NCBI GenBank assembly: GCA_963828465.1 | Contig: CAWHEU010000018.1 | Coordinates: forward strand, 323,492 to 387,491 | Origin: an uncultured Acidobacteriota bacterium | Lineage (GTDB): Bacteria; Actinomycetota; Acidimicrobiia; Spongiisociales; ZC4RG35 | Direction: 5' to 3' | Length of the DNA: 64,000 nucleotides | Part shown: positions 9,192 through 16,648 of the stretch, piece by piece | Layout of the letters: each line of letters starts with the position of its first letter | Position numbering within the stretch: position 1 is the first letter of the stretch | Translations under genes and position numbers: made by a program | Notes under the pieces: generated by a model | Seen by the model: only the letters and a program-made list of their open reading frames with translations | Told to the model about the DNA's origin: nothing | Database searches by the model: none

Positions 9192-10280
9192 CTATCGGGG
9201 TCGTTTCAGTCTGACTCTGGAGACACCGAGGCGGATGATCTGAAGACCTTCACGGTGTACGGAGACATGATGGTGAAACCAGCACAGGGTGATCAGATTG
9301 TCCGCATCGGTCTTTCCACCGTGTGACCAGGGGATGACATGGTGGACTTGGAGCCGATAACTGAACGGGCAGCCTTCCACGGTGCATCCGCCGTCACGGT
9401 GGAGGACATGACGTCTGAGTTTCCGGTCCACAGTCCTGGATCGGCGTCCCAAATCGAGCGGTTTGTGTTCGGCTCGACCGATCAGGTCCACATTCCCGTT
9501 ACAGAGGACCTCTGCGAGGGTGCCCGGTCCCAGTCTCGGACCGGCAAGGACGGAAACGCCCCGTTCGCCGCTGGTTTCCGCCGCTGTCGGGGCGTCGACG
9601 ATCACTGCCAAATCGACCGGCGGGGACTCTTCGCCCGAAACGCTCTGATAGGGGGATTCTTCGCCCGAAACGCTCTGATAGAGGGAGTCCTGACAGATGG
9701 CGACCAGGGCCAAAGCCCGCCGTTCCGCCACTGCCAGACGTTGATCTCCCGGGACGATCTCATCGGCCCTCTGGTCGACCGCCTTCTCCATGATCCGGGC
9801 ATCCAAACCGGGGAGCTCACCCCAAAACGATGTGGCCAGCTCATCGGAATGGCCGAAATGGACAAAACCATTCCCGGTTCTCCGTTCACGATTCCGGGTC
9901 AACCGCTTGTGATCAGCCACCAGACGACGCAACCCCGAAATGTCGTAACCCTCATGACCGGCACGGGATTCAGAGGGAAGCCGAGACAGCTGTTCCGCCC
10001 GATCAAAGGAGACCTCACCAGCCGCTAGCTGCTCGACCACATCGGGAGCCTCCGCCAGACGAGTTGCCGTCCAACACAGACTCCGGGCCGTCTCATGAGA
10101 CACATCAGCACGAGCCGCCATCCAATCAATGATCGACCGGCAACCATCAGCCAAATGAGACTTCCGGCGACGTTTCTCCGCCACCGCCGCCATCTGCAAC
10201 AACCGGATCGTGGCGATCTCCCGCTCACCATCAGCAATCAACTGATCCAGTTGATCCTCGGAGTAACTCCCCAACTCCAT
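9192..10280 (-). CDS. DUF222 (13E12-like) HNH endonuclease, copy 1
   Basis: RDGGCTVEGC...VHHVIPWSHGGKTDADNLITLCWFHH HNH motif; GEVSFDRA DUF222-like core; ATG at 10280 after leaderless promoter. Confidence 0.9.
   Translation of the reverse strand: MELGSYSEDQLDQLIADGEREIATIRLLQMAAVAEKRRRKSHLADGCRSIIDWMAARADVSHETARSLCWTATRLAEAPDVVEQLAAGEVSFDRAEQLSRLPSESRAGHEGYDISGLRRLVADHKRLTRNRERRTGNGFVHFGHSDELATSFWGELPGLDARIMEKAVDQRADEIVPGDQRLAVAERRALALVAICQDSLYQSVSGEESPYQSVSGEESPPVDLAVIVDAPTAAETSGERGVSVLAGPRLGPGTLAEVLCNGNVDLIGRAEHKPLDLGRRSRTVDRKLRRHVLHRDGGCTVEGCPFSYRLQVHHVIPWSHGGKTDADNLITLCWFHHHVSVHREGLQIIRLGVSRVRLKRPR
9622..9681. repeat. In-frame 30-bp tandem duplication (YQSVSGEESP x2) in HNH gene
   Basis: TCTTCGCCCGAAACGCTCTGATAG at 9628 and 9658. 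Confidence 0.9.
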
Positions 10281-10287
10281 ACCCGAC

Positions 10288-10310
10288 AACGTACGAGGAG
10301 GGCGTGACAA
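10288..10310 (-). promoter_or_regulatory. PafBC/RecA-NDp-like promoter TTGTCAC-N10-TACGTT
   Basis: Motif then 7 nt to ATG of HNH copy 1. Confidence 0.7.
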
Positions 10311-10454
10311 ATTTGCCCTTGGAAGAAGAAGATCTGAGTGAATTTCTCTAGAGAATTGCCCCCGCGATCAGTTGCGCCACGTAGCCCAGGTTGAAGTTCT
10401 TGGAGACTCAAGCCGGACCTTGCCCAGACCACTGAAATACCGGCCGAGGGTAAG

Positions 10455-10604
10455 ACGCGAGAAACCCCGAGAAAGCTTTGGCCGAAGCCGAAGCCCTCTC
10501 GGGGCTCTCAGTGCCACTCGACCGGGAAAGCGGGCCCCCAGTCAGGTGGCGATCCGGAGGGGCCGAAGCCTCTCCTTCCCCGACCCGGGCGAACCCGTGT
10601 CGGT
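10455..10604 (-). ncRNA. Candidate structured non-coding RNA 2 (~150 nt)
   Basis: Four consecutive hairpins, three UUCG-capped; own promoter; 3' hairpin homologous to that of RNA 1. Confidence 0.65.
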
Positions 10605-10611
10605 AAGCGGC

Positions 10612-10641
10612 AAAGTACGAGAACCCGACCTCACCCGTCAA
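10612..10641 (-). promoter_or_regulatory. Sigma-70-type promoter TTGACG-N18-TACTTT for RNA 2
   Basis: -35 at 10641-10636, -10 at 10617-10612, A at 10604 as likely +1. Confidence 0.7.
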
Positions 10642-10700
10642 GCCATACCGGAGCCTTGTTTTCGCGGCCTAGCCGATCTTTTCGCGTTTAGCCTTCGCCC

Positions 10701-11336
10701 ATGGCAACGGCCCGAAAGAGCGTGCCGACAGCATGGGTCGTGGTCTTCTTTCTCATCGCAGTCGTACTCGTCTTCGCCGTGATCCGGGTGACCATCGACA
10801 GCCAGAACATCGCCAACGGAGTGATCCCGAACGAGGGCGAGTTCGATCGCCGTTATGCCCAGTATCCGATCCTGGCCTACGCCCACATCCTCCCCGGAGT
10901 CGTCTACCTGGTCCTTGCTCCATTCCAGGTCTCCCGCCGATTCCGCAATCGCCACCTCGACCTGCACCGAAAGATGGGCCGCTTCCTGGTGCCGATCGGA
11001 ATCCTTTCTGGAGTGCTCGGAGTCATATTCGGCTTCTTCTTCTCCTTCGGCGGGTTCGCAGAGGCCAGTGCCGCTGTGGTGTTCGGCACCTGGTTCGTCA
11101 TCGCCCTTGCCCTGGCCTACAGCTACATCCGAGCCGGCGACACCGTCCGCCACCGCCGATGGATGATCCGGGCCTTCGCCATCGGGCTCGGCGTCGGGAC
11201 GATCAGGATCTGGGTCGGGCTGTTCCAGGGATTCGGCCTATTCGACGAAGTCACTTCCTTCGGCGTGGCCTTCTGGTTGTCGTGGACCCTGCACGTGATC
11301 GCGGCCGAGATCTGGCTGTGGCGACGGCCCACCTGA
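10701..11336 (+). CDS. DUF2306 family membrane protein
   Basis: HILPG...LAPFQ...LHRKMGR and HRRWMIRAF motifs. Confidence 0.85.
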   Translation: MATARKSVPTAWVVVFFLIAVVLVFAVIRVTIDSQNIANGVIPNEGEFDRRYAQYPILAYAHILPGVVYLVLAPFQVSRRFRNRHLDLHRKMGRFLVPIGILSGVLGVIFGFFFSFGGFAEASAAVVFGTWFVIALALAYSYIRAGDTVRHRRWMIRAFAIGLGVGTIRIWVGLFQGFGLFDEVTSFGVAFWLSWTLHVIAAEIWLWRRPT

Positions 11337-11352
11337 CCGATCTCCCCATTCC

Positions 11353-11374
11353 TGTCACAGGCCGGTCTTACACT
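11353..11374 (+). promoter_or_regulatory. PafBC/RecA-NDp-like promoter TGTCAC-N10-TACACT
   Basis: Motif then 7 nt to GTG 11382. Confidence 0.7.
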
Positions 11375-11381
11375 CGGCATC

Positions 11382-12182
11382 GTGACTGTAGAACTGGAAT
11401 TGGCCCCCCTGGAGACCCTCTCCCCGAGCCGTGCCGGGGACTTCAAGGCGTGCCCCCAGCTCTTCAAGTTCCGGGCCATCGACCGTCTCAGCGAGCCCGC
11501 ATCGGTGTATCAGGCCCGGGGTACCACGGCCCATCTCGCACTGCAGCGACTCTTCGACCACCCCTCCATCGATCGTTCGCCCGAGCTCCTGTATGACCTG
11601 TTCCGCGACGCCTGGACCGAGCTCCGAGGGAGCGAGGAGTTCGAAGACCTCTTCGGCGACACCGACGAGGAGCGGCAATGGGGCGTGGAGTCCCTCGCCC
11701 TTCTCACCAACTACTTCAGCATCGAGGACCCGACCGGGTTCGACCCGGTGGACCGCGAGCTGGACATGCTCGAAGACCTCGACGGGATCACGATCAGGGG
11801 GATCCTCGACCGGATTGACCGCGACGACGACGGTCGACTCGTCATCACCGACTACAAGACGGGCAAGGCCCCACCGGAGAGGTACGCCCTCCCCGCCTTC
11901 TTCGCCCTGAAGATCTACGCCCTTCTCATTCGACGCCGCACCGGGGAGACCCCGAAGGAGCTTCGCCTCCTCTATCTGAGCGGGCCGACCCTTTACAGGC
12001 TCGACATCGACGACCGCCAACTCGATGCCATGGACTCGCAGCTGCGGGCGCTGTGGAACGCGATCGACCGGGCCCTGGCCACTCGAAACTTCCCCACCCG
12101 TCCCGGCACATTGTGCAACTGGTGCTCGTTCAAGGAGATCTGCCCGGCGTTCGCCGAGGCCCCGATGGAGAAAGCCTCCTAG
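11382..12182 (+). CDS. RecB-family PD-(D/E)XK exonuclease (Cas4-like, Fe-S staple)
   Basis: LSPSRAGDFKACP, GILDRID, ITDYKTG, CNWCSFKEICP. Confidence 0.92.
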   Translation: MTVELELAPLETLSPSRAGDFKACPQLFKFRAIDRLSEPASVYQARGTTAHLALQRLFDHPSIDRSPELLYDLFRDAWTELRGSEEFEDLFGDTDEERQWGVESLALLTNYFSIEDPTGFDPVDRELDMLEDLDGITIRGILDRIDRDDDGRLVITDYKTGKAPPERYALPAFFALKIYALLIRRRTGETPKELRLLYLSGPTLYRLDIDDRQLDAMDSQLRALWNAIDRALATRNFPTRPGTLCNWCSFKEICPAFAEAPMEKAS

Positions 12183-13450
12183 GGGAAGATCCCCCGCACC
12201 AGCTTGGCGTCGGCCACCTTGCGGATCCCCTTGATGAGGGCGGCAGTCCTCAGGTCGACGTCTTCGTTGATGGCGATGTTGTGCACATCGCTGAAGGCCC
12301 GGGTCATGATCTCCCGCAGCCGTGCCACCACTTCGTTTTCGGTCCAGAAGTATTTCTGGACGTCCTGGACCCACTCGAAATAGGAGACCGTCACACCGCC
12401 GGCGTTCGCCAGGATGTCGGGGATGATCAGTACATCCCTCTCGCGGAGAATGTCGTCGGCTTCGATCGTGGTCGGCCCGTTGGCGCCCTCGATGATGATC
12501 TTCGCCTGAATCTCGCTGGCGTTGTCGCCACGGATGACGTTCTGAACGGCGGCCGGCACGAGGACGTCGACCGGCAACGAGAAGATCTTGTCACCGTCGA
12601 TGAAATCGGCGTCCGGAAAGCCCTCGAGGAAGCGGTTCTCATCGACCCATTTCGCCAAGGCGTCGACGTCCAACCCCTCCGGGTCGTAAAGCGCACCGGA
12701 GATGTCTGACACAGCCGCGATCTTCACTCCCATCTGATGACCGGCGATGGCCGCATACCGGCCCACGTTGCCGAAACCGTGGATCGCAACCGATACATTG
12801 TTGGGGTCGATGCCCCGGACCCCAGCCGCCTGTGGCAGGAGGAACATCAGCCCACGGCCGGTCGCCTCACGCCGGGCCACGCTTCCCCCAAGGGCCGGAG
12901 GCTTCCCGGTGACCACCGCGGGGACGGAGTGCCCGACATGCTGGGAGTACGTGTCCATGAGCCAGGCCATCACCTGCTCGTTGGTGCCGAGGTCGGGCGC
13001 GGGGATGTCGGTCTCCGGCCCGATCACGTTGATGATCTCCATCGTGAAGCGCCTGGTCACCCGTTGCAGCTCGGCGCGGGAGAGCTGCATCGGGTCGACC
13101 CGCACCCCACCCTTTGCCCCGCCGAAAGGAAGACCGACGATCGAGCATTTCCAGGTCATCAACATGGCGAGGGCGGCGACCTCGCCCAGATCGACGTCGG
13201 GTGCGAACCGGATCCCGCCTTTGGTCGGGCCCATGGTCGTGAGGTGCTGGATCCGATAACCGAAGAGGGTCTCCACCTCCGAATAGGTGTCACGACGGAA
13301 CGGGAAGCTGACCATGGTCGACTTCTGCGGGACACGGAGTCGGTCGGCAACGTTGTCGTCCAGGCCCATGAGGCGGGCTACCCGGTCGAACTGGCCGGCG
13401 GCCTCCTTGTACATCGGTGAGTCGAATTCGTTGCCAACCGCAGTGGTCAC
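12179..13450 (-). CDS. gdhA: Glu/Leu/Phe/Val dehydrogenase (glutamate dehydrogenase)
   Basis: GPTKGGIRF, PFGGAKGG, DIPAPD, GFGNVG, NAGGVTVSYFEW. Confidence 0.93.
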   Translation of the reverse strand: MTTAVGNEFDSPMYKEAAGQFDRVARLMGLDDNVADRLRVPQKSTMVSFPFRRDTYSEVETLFGYRIQHLTTMGPTKGGIRFAPDVDLGEVAALAMLMTWKCSIVGLPFGGAKGGVRVDPMQLSRAELQRVTRRFTMEIINVIGPETDIPAPDLGTNEQVMAWLMDTYSQHVGHSVPAVVTGKPPALGGSVARREATGRGLMFLLPQAAGVRGIDPNNVSVAIHGFGNVGRYAAIAGHQMGVKIAAVSDISGALYDPEGLDVDALAKWVDENRFLEGFPDADFIDGDKIFSLPVDVLVPAAVQNVIRGDNASEIQAKIIIEGANGPTTIEADDILRERDVLIIPDILANAGGVTVSYFEWVQDVQKYFWTENEVVARLREIMTRAFSDVHNIAINEDVDLRTAALIKGIRKVADAKLVRGIFP

Positions 13451-13513
13451 GCCGACCTCCGTTCATTCACCGCCACGCCGCCCATCCTATGCGCTGGGAT
13501 TCTTCGGGAAATG

Positions 13514-13535
13514 TGTCATACCCGACCGATAGCTT
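13514..13535 (+). promoter_or_regulatory. PafBC/RecA-NDp-like promoter TGTCAT-N10-TAGCTT
   Basis: Motif then 7 nt to ATG 13543. Confidence 0.7.
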
Positions 13536-13542
13536 CCCCGAT

Positions 13543-13680
13543 ATGAGCTACTTCGAGACATTCCAACCGATCACCGAGCCCGACTTCGACCCGTTTGCCG
13601 ACCCTGTCCGCTACCTGGCCGAATACGGGATCCAGGCGGAGCTAGTTGCGGAGATCGCCCGGCTTCCCGAGGCGGCCTGA
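13543..13680 (+). CDS. 45-aa hypothetical microprotein
   Basis: MSYFETFQ...DPFADPVRYLAEYGIQAELVAEIARLPEAA; leaderless promoter spacing; host-like codon usage. Confidence 0.65.
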   Translation: MSYFETFQPITEPDFDPFADPVRYLAEYGIQAELVAEIARLPEAA

Positions 13681-13696
13681 CCCTACGATCAGCCCT

Positions 13697-16648
13697 GTGC
13701 CGTTGACCGAGATCCGGCTCGAGCCGGAAGACTGGGGCCCTGTGCTCGCCGACGCCGACGGCCCCCAAATCGTGGTGGCCGGGCCCGGCACCGGGAAGAC
13801 AGAGTTTCTGGTGCGCCGGGTCTCTTCCCTCATCGAATCCGGACAGGCGCGGAGAGACCAGGTCGCCCTGCTGACTTTCTCCCGCCGAGCTGCCGGCGAT
13901 ATCCGACGGCGGGTCGATGCCGCCCTCAGTGGCGGTGGGATGCCCATCGGTGCCTCCACATTCCATTCGCTGGCCCTCCGGCTCTTGGAGGCTGCCCCCA
14001 CATCCGACCGCCCCATCCCCCTCACCACACCGGAACAGATTGGCCTGGTTGGTGAGCTTCTCCAGACGGAGGACCCGGAGCAATGGCCGATCCTCTACCG
14101 CGGCATCCTGGGCACGAGTGCCTTCGCCGGTGAGGTCGCCGACTTCCTCATGCGCTGCTCCGAGAGGATGCTCTCGCCCGAGGACCTGGAGGCGAGGGCT
14201 GCCGAGCGCGCAGACTGGAGGGGCATCCCGGGTCTGTTCCGACGATACCGGGAGACACTGGCGGACCGTGGCCGCACCGACTACGCCACGCTCCTCGTCT
14301 CGGCTGTCGATCTACTCGGGCGCCCGGAGGGGCAGGACCTGGCAGCCCAGTTCACTCACGTGCTCGTCGACGAGTATCAGGACACTTCGACCGTCCAGGC
14401 CGAGATCGCCCGTCTCATGGCGCTGCCCCACGGCAATCTCACCGCGGCAGGAGACCCCTACCAGTCGATCTACTCGTTCCGGGGCGCAGAGGTCAGGAAC
14501 ATTGCTGCGTTTACCGAACAGCACCCCGACGCGCGGCGCATCGTGCTGGGCCGGAGCTTGAGGGTCCCGGCACAGATCCTCGACTCGGCACTTCGCATCG
14601 TCTCCGCCGGCGAACTTCCCGGGGCCGCCGGCCCGGTGGCCCCGGCTGCCCACACCGGGCGGGTCGAGACGTATGTGTTCGACCAGGAGACCGCCGAGGC
14701 GGATTGGATCGCACGGGACATAGAGCACCAAATCAGGGTCGAAGGGCGCAAGCCGTCCGCCATCGCGGTGCTGGTCCGATCGAAACGGGAGATGCTCAAC
14801 GAGCTGAGCCGGGCGCTGGACCGAAGAAATGTGCCTCACGACTCCCCGGAGGCCCGCCTGACAGAGAACCCGGCGGTGCGGATGATCCAGGATCTCGTGA
14901 TCGTGGCCAAGAGCGGCGGGGCAACCCCCCTGGTCGCGCCGGGAGAAGCGGTCGACGCCGACCGAGCGATGAGAAGGCTTTTGCTAGGCCCGCTGATCGG
15001 AGCAGGACTGGGCAAAGAGCGCGAGATCCTGCGTTCCCGTCTCCGCACCTGGGATCCATGGCCCGCCGTCCTCGCCCGCGAGCTTCCCGAGCATGCCGGG
15101 CTAGCCGCTCTGCTCGACCAGCCCGACTGGGCCGTCGAGATGCCCGCGATCGAGGGCTTCTGGAAGCTCTGGACCAGCATCGACGAATTGGAACGGGTGG
15201 TGCTCGACCCGGAGCGGAAGGGGTGGCGTCTCGCCTTCACCTCGTTCTCCCAGGTGTTGGAGCGCCAGGCGGAACGGGACACCACGGTGACTCTGGACGC
15301 CGTGTTCAGTCTGACGGAGGAGGACGGCATCGAGTCGACCCCGCTTCTCCCCTACCGGTCCATAGAGCAGCAGGTCACGCTCACCACTTTGCACCAGGCC
15401 AAGGGCCTCGAATTCGAAGTCGTTTACATCGCCAACGCCGTCGAGGGGGTCTTCCCCGACCTTCGACGTGGGCGGAGGATGTTGAGGCCCGAGTTGCTCT
15501 CCCCGGAACGGACCACCAACCCCGAGGCTCAGCACTTGTTTCAGATCCAGGAGGAGATGCGTCTCGCCTATACCGCGATGACCCGGGCCAGATCCAAGGT
15601 GGTCTGGACCGCCACTTCGGCCGGCGTCGACCAGGGTGAGCACAGGCCATCTCGTTTTCTCATGGCGGCCGCCGAACCCGGGATGGGCCCCGGCCTGCCC
15701 GAGGAGCAGGACGGCCCACCGGTCTCGCTGAGCGAGGCCGAGGTCTCCCTGAGACGAACTCTGCTCGACCCCGGCGCCGCCGCCTTCGATCGTCTCGCCG
15801 CCGCACAGCTGCTGGCCCGGCCACCGGCTCCCTGGTGGAACCCGATGACGTTTGCCGGAGTCCCCGCGCCCGGGCCCGATCAGCCGATCCTCGAGGGAAG
15901 TCTTCGGCTCTCCCCCAGCCAAGCAGGCGCCTACATCACCTGCCCCCGGCAATATGCCCTGGAGCGTCGCCTCCGCCTGAGTGACACCTTCTCCCCGTAT
16001 GCCGAGCTGGGGACCCTCGTCCATGCGGCCTTAGAGGCCGCCGAGAAGGAGGTCATCGGTTCGGGGAAGACCCATGCCGATCTCGCCGACGCCATGAGGC
16101 ACCTGGAGAGCGTGTGGGCGAAGGCGGACTTCGGCACGCCTCAGCTCGACCAGGCATGGCTTCGACACGCCCGTGAAGCCGTTCTCCGGCTCTACGAGAA
16201 ATGGCCGAGCGACGGGGCCCCGGTCGAGTTGGAGAAGAAGGTCGAGACCGAGATCGGCGGCGTCCAATGGGTCGGATACATCGACCGGCTGGAGAGAGGC
16301 TCGGACGGGCTGCGGGTCGTCGACTACAAGACCTCGAAGAACCCTCCCAGCGTCCCTGACGGGAAGGGGTCGGTTCAACTCGGCTTCTATGCGTCGGCCG
16401 TGACCAGGGAAACCGGGGAACCCGTCGTCGCAGCCGAAATGTGGTTCCCTCGCAAGGAGGCCGTATCCGTGACCAAGAGATCGTTCGACATGGACCTTCT
16501 GCCAGAGGTCATCGAGACCATGGAGGAAGTGACCGACTCGATCCTGGCTGAGCGATGGGAACCGAAGGTCAACAGCCGGTGCAACAAATGCGCCTTTCGG
16601 TTGTCCTGCCCGGCCTGGGCAGAAGGAAAAGGCGCCTACCTGCCATGA
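13697..16648 (+). CDS. adnA: UvrD-like helicase-nuclease, AdnA-like
   Basis: GPGTGKT, VDEYQD, GDPYQSIYSFRGA, HQAKGLEF, C-terminal DYKT nuclease with CP...CNKC...CP. Confidence 0.85.
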   Translation: MPLTEIRLEPEDWGPVLADADGPQIVVAGPGTGKTEFLVRRVSSLIESGQARRDQVALLTFSRRAAGDIRRRVDAALSGGGMPIGASTFHSLALRLLEAAPTSDRPIPLTTPEQIGLVGELLQTEDPEQWPILYRGILGTSAFAGEVADFLMRCSERMLSPEDLEARAAERADWRGIPGLFRRYRETLADRGRTDYATLLVSAVDLLGRPEGQDLAAQFTHVLVDEYQDTSTVQAEIARLMALPHGNLTAAGDPYQSIYSFRGAEVRNIAAFTEQHPDARRIVLGRSLRVPAQILDSALRIVSAGELPGAAGPVAPAAHTGRVETYVFDQETAEADWIARDIEHQIRVEGRKPSAIAVLVRSKREMLNELSRALDRRNVPHDSPEARLTENPAVRMIQDLVIVAKSGGATPLVAPGEAVDADRAMRRLLLGPLIGAGLGKEREILRSRLRTWDPWPAVLARELPEHAGLAALLDQPDWAVEMPAIEGFWKLWTSIDELERVVLDPERKGWRLAFTSFSQVLERQAERDTTVTLDAVFSLTEEDGIESTPLLPYRSIEQQVTLTTLHQAKGLEFEVVYIANAVEGVFPDLRRGRRMLRPELLSPERTTNPEAQHLFQIQEEMRLAYTAMTRARSKVVWTATSAGVDQGEHRPSRFLMAAAEPGMGPGLPEEQDGPPVSLSEAEVSLRRTLLDPGAAAFDRLAAAQLLARPPAPWWNPMTFAGVPAPGPDQPILEGSLRLSPSQAGAYITCPRQYALERRLRLSDTFSPYAELGTLVHAALEAAEKEVIGSGKTHADLADAMRHLESVWAKADFGTPQLDQAWLRHAREAVLRLYEKWPSDGAPVELEKKVETEIGGVQWVGYIDRLERGSDGLRVVDYKTSKNPPSVPDGKGSVQLGFYASAVTRETGEPVVAAEMWFPRKEAVSVTKRSFDMDLLPEVIETMEEVTDSILAERWEPKVNSRCNKCAFRLSCPAWAEGKGAYLP

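Noticed and set aside
8638-9243. ORFs of 130-200 aa over the RNA 1 region (e.g. 8638-9243 +, 8698-9117 -)
   Set aside because: Arg/Pro/Gly-rich without domain motifs; the region is better explained by RNA structure
11382-12182. Cas4-like nuclease as evidence of a CRISPR system
   Set aside because: No repeat-spacer array or other cas genes seen anywhere in the window
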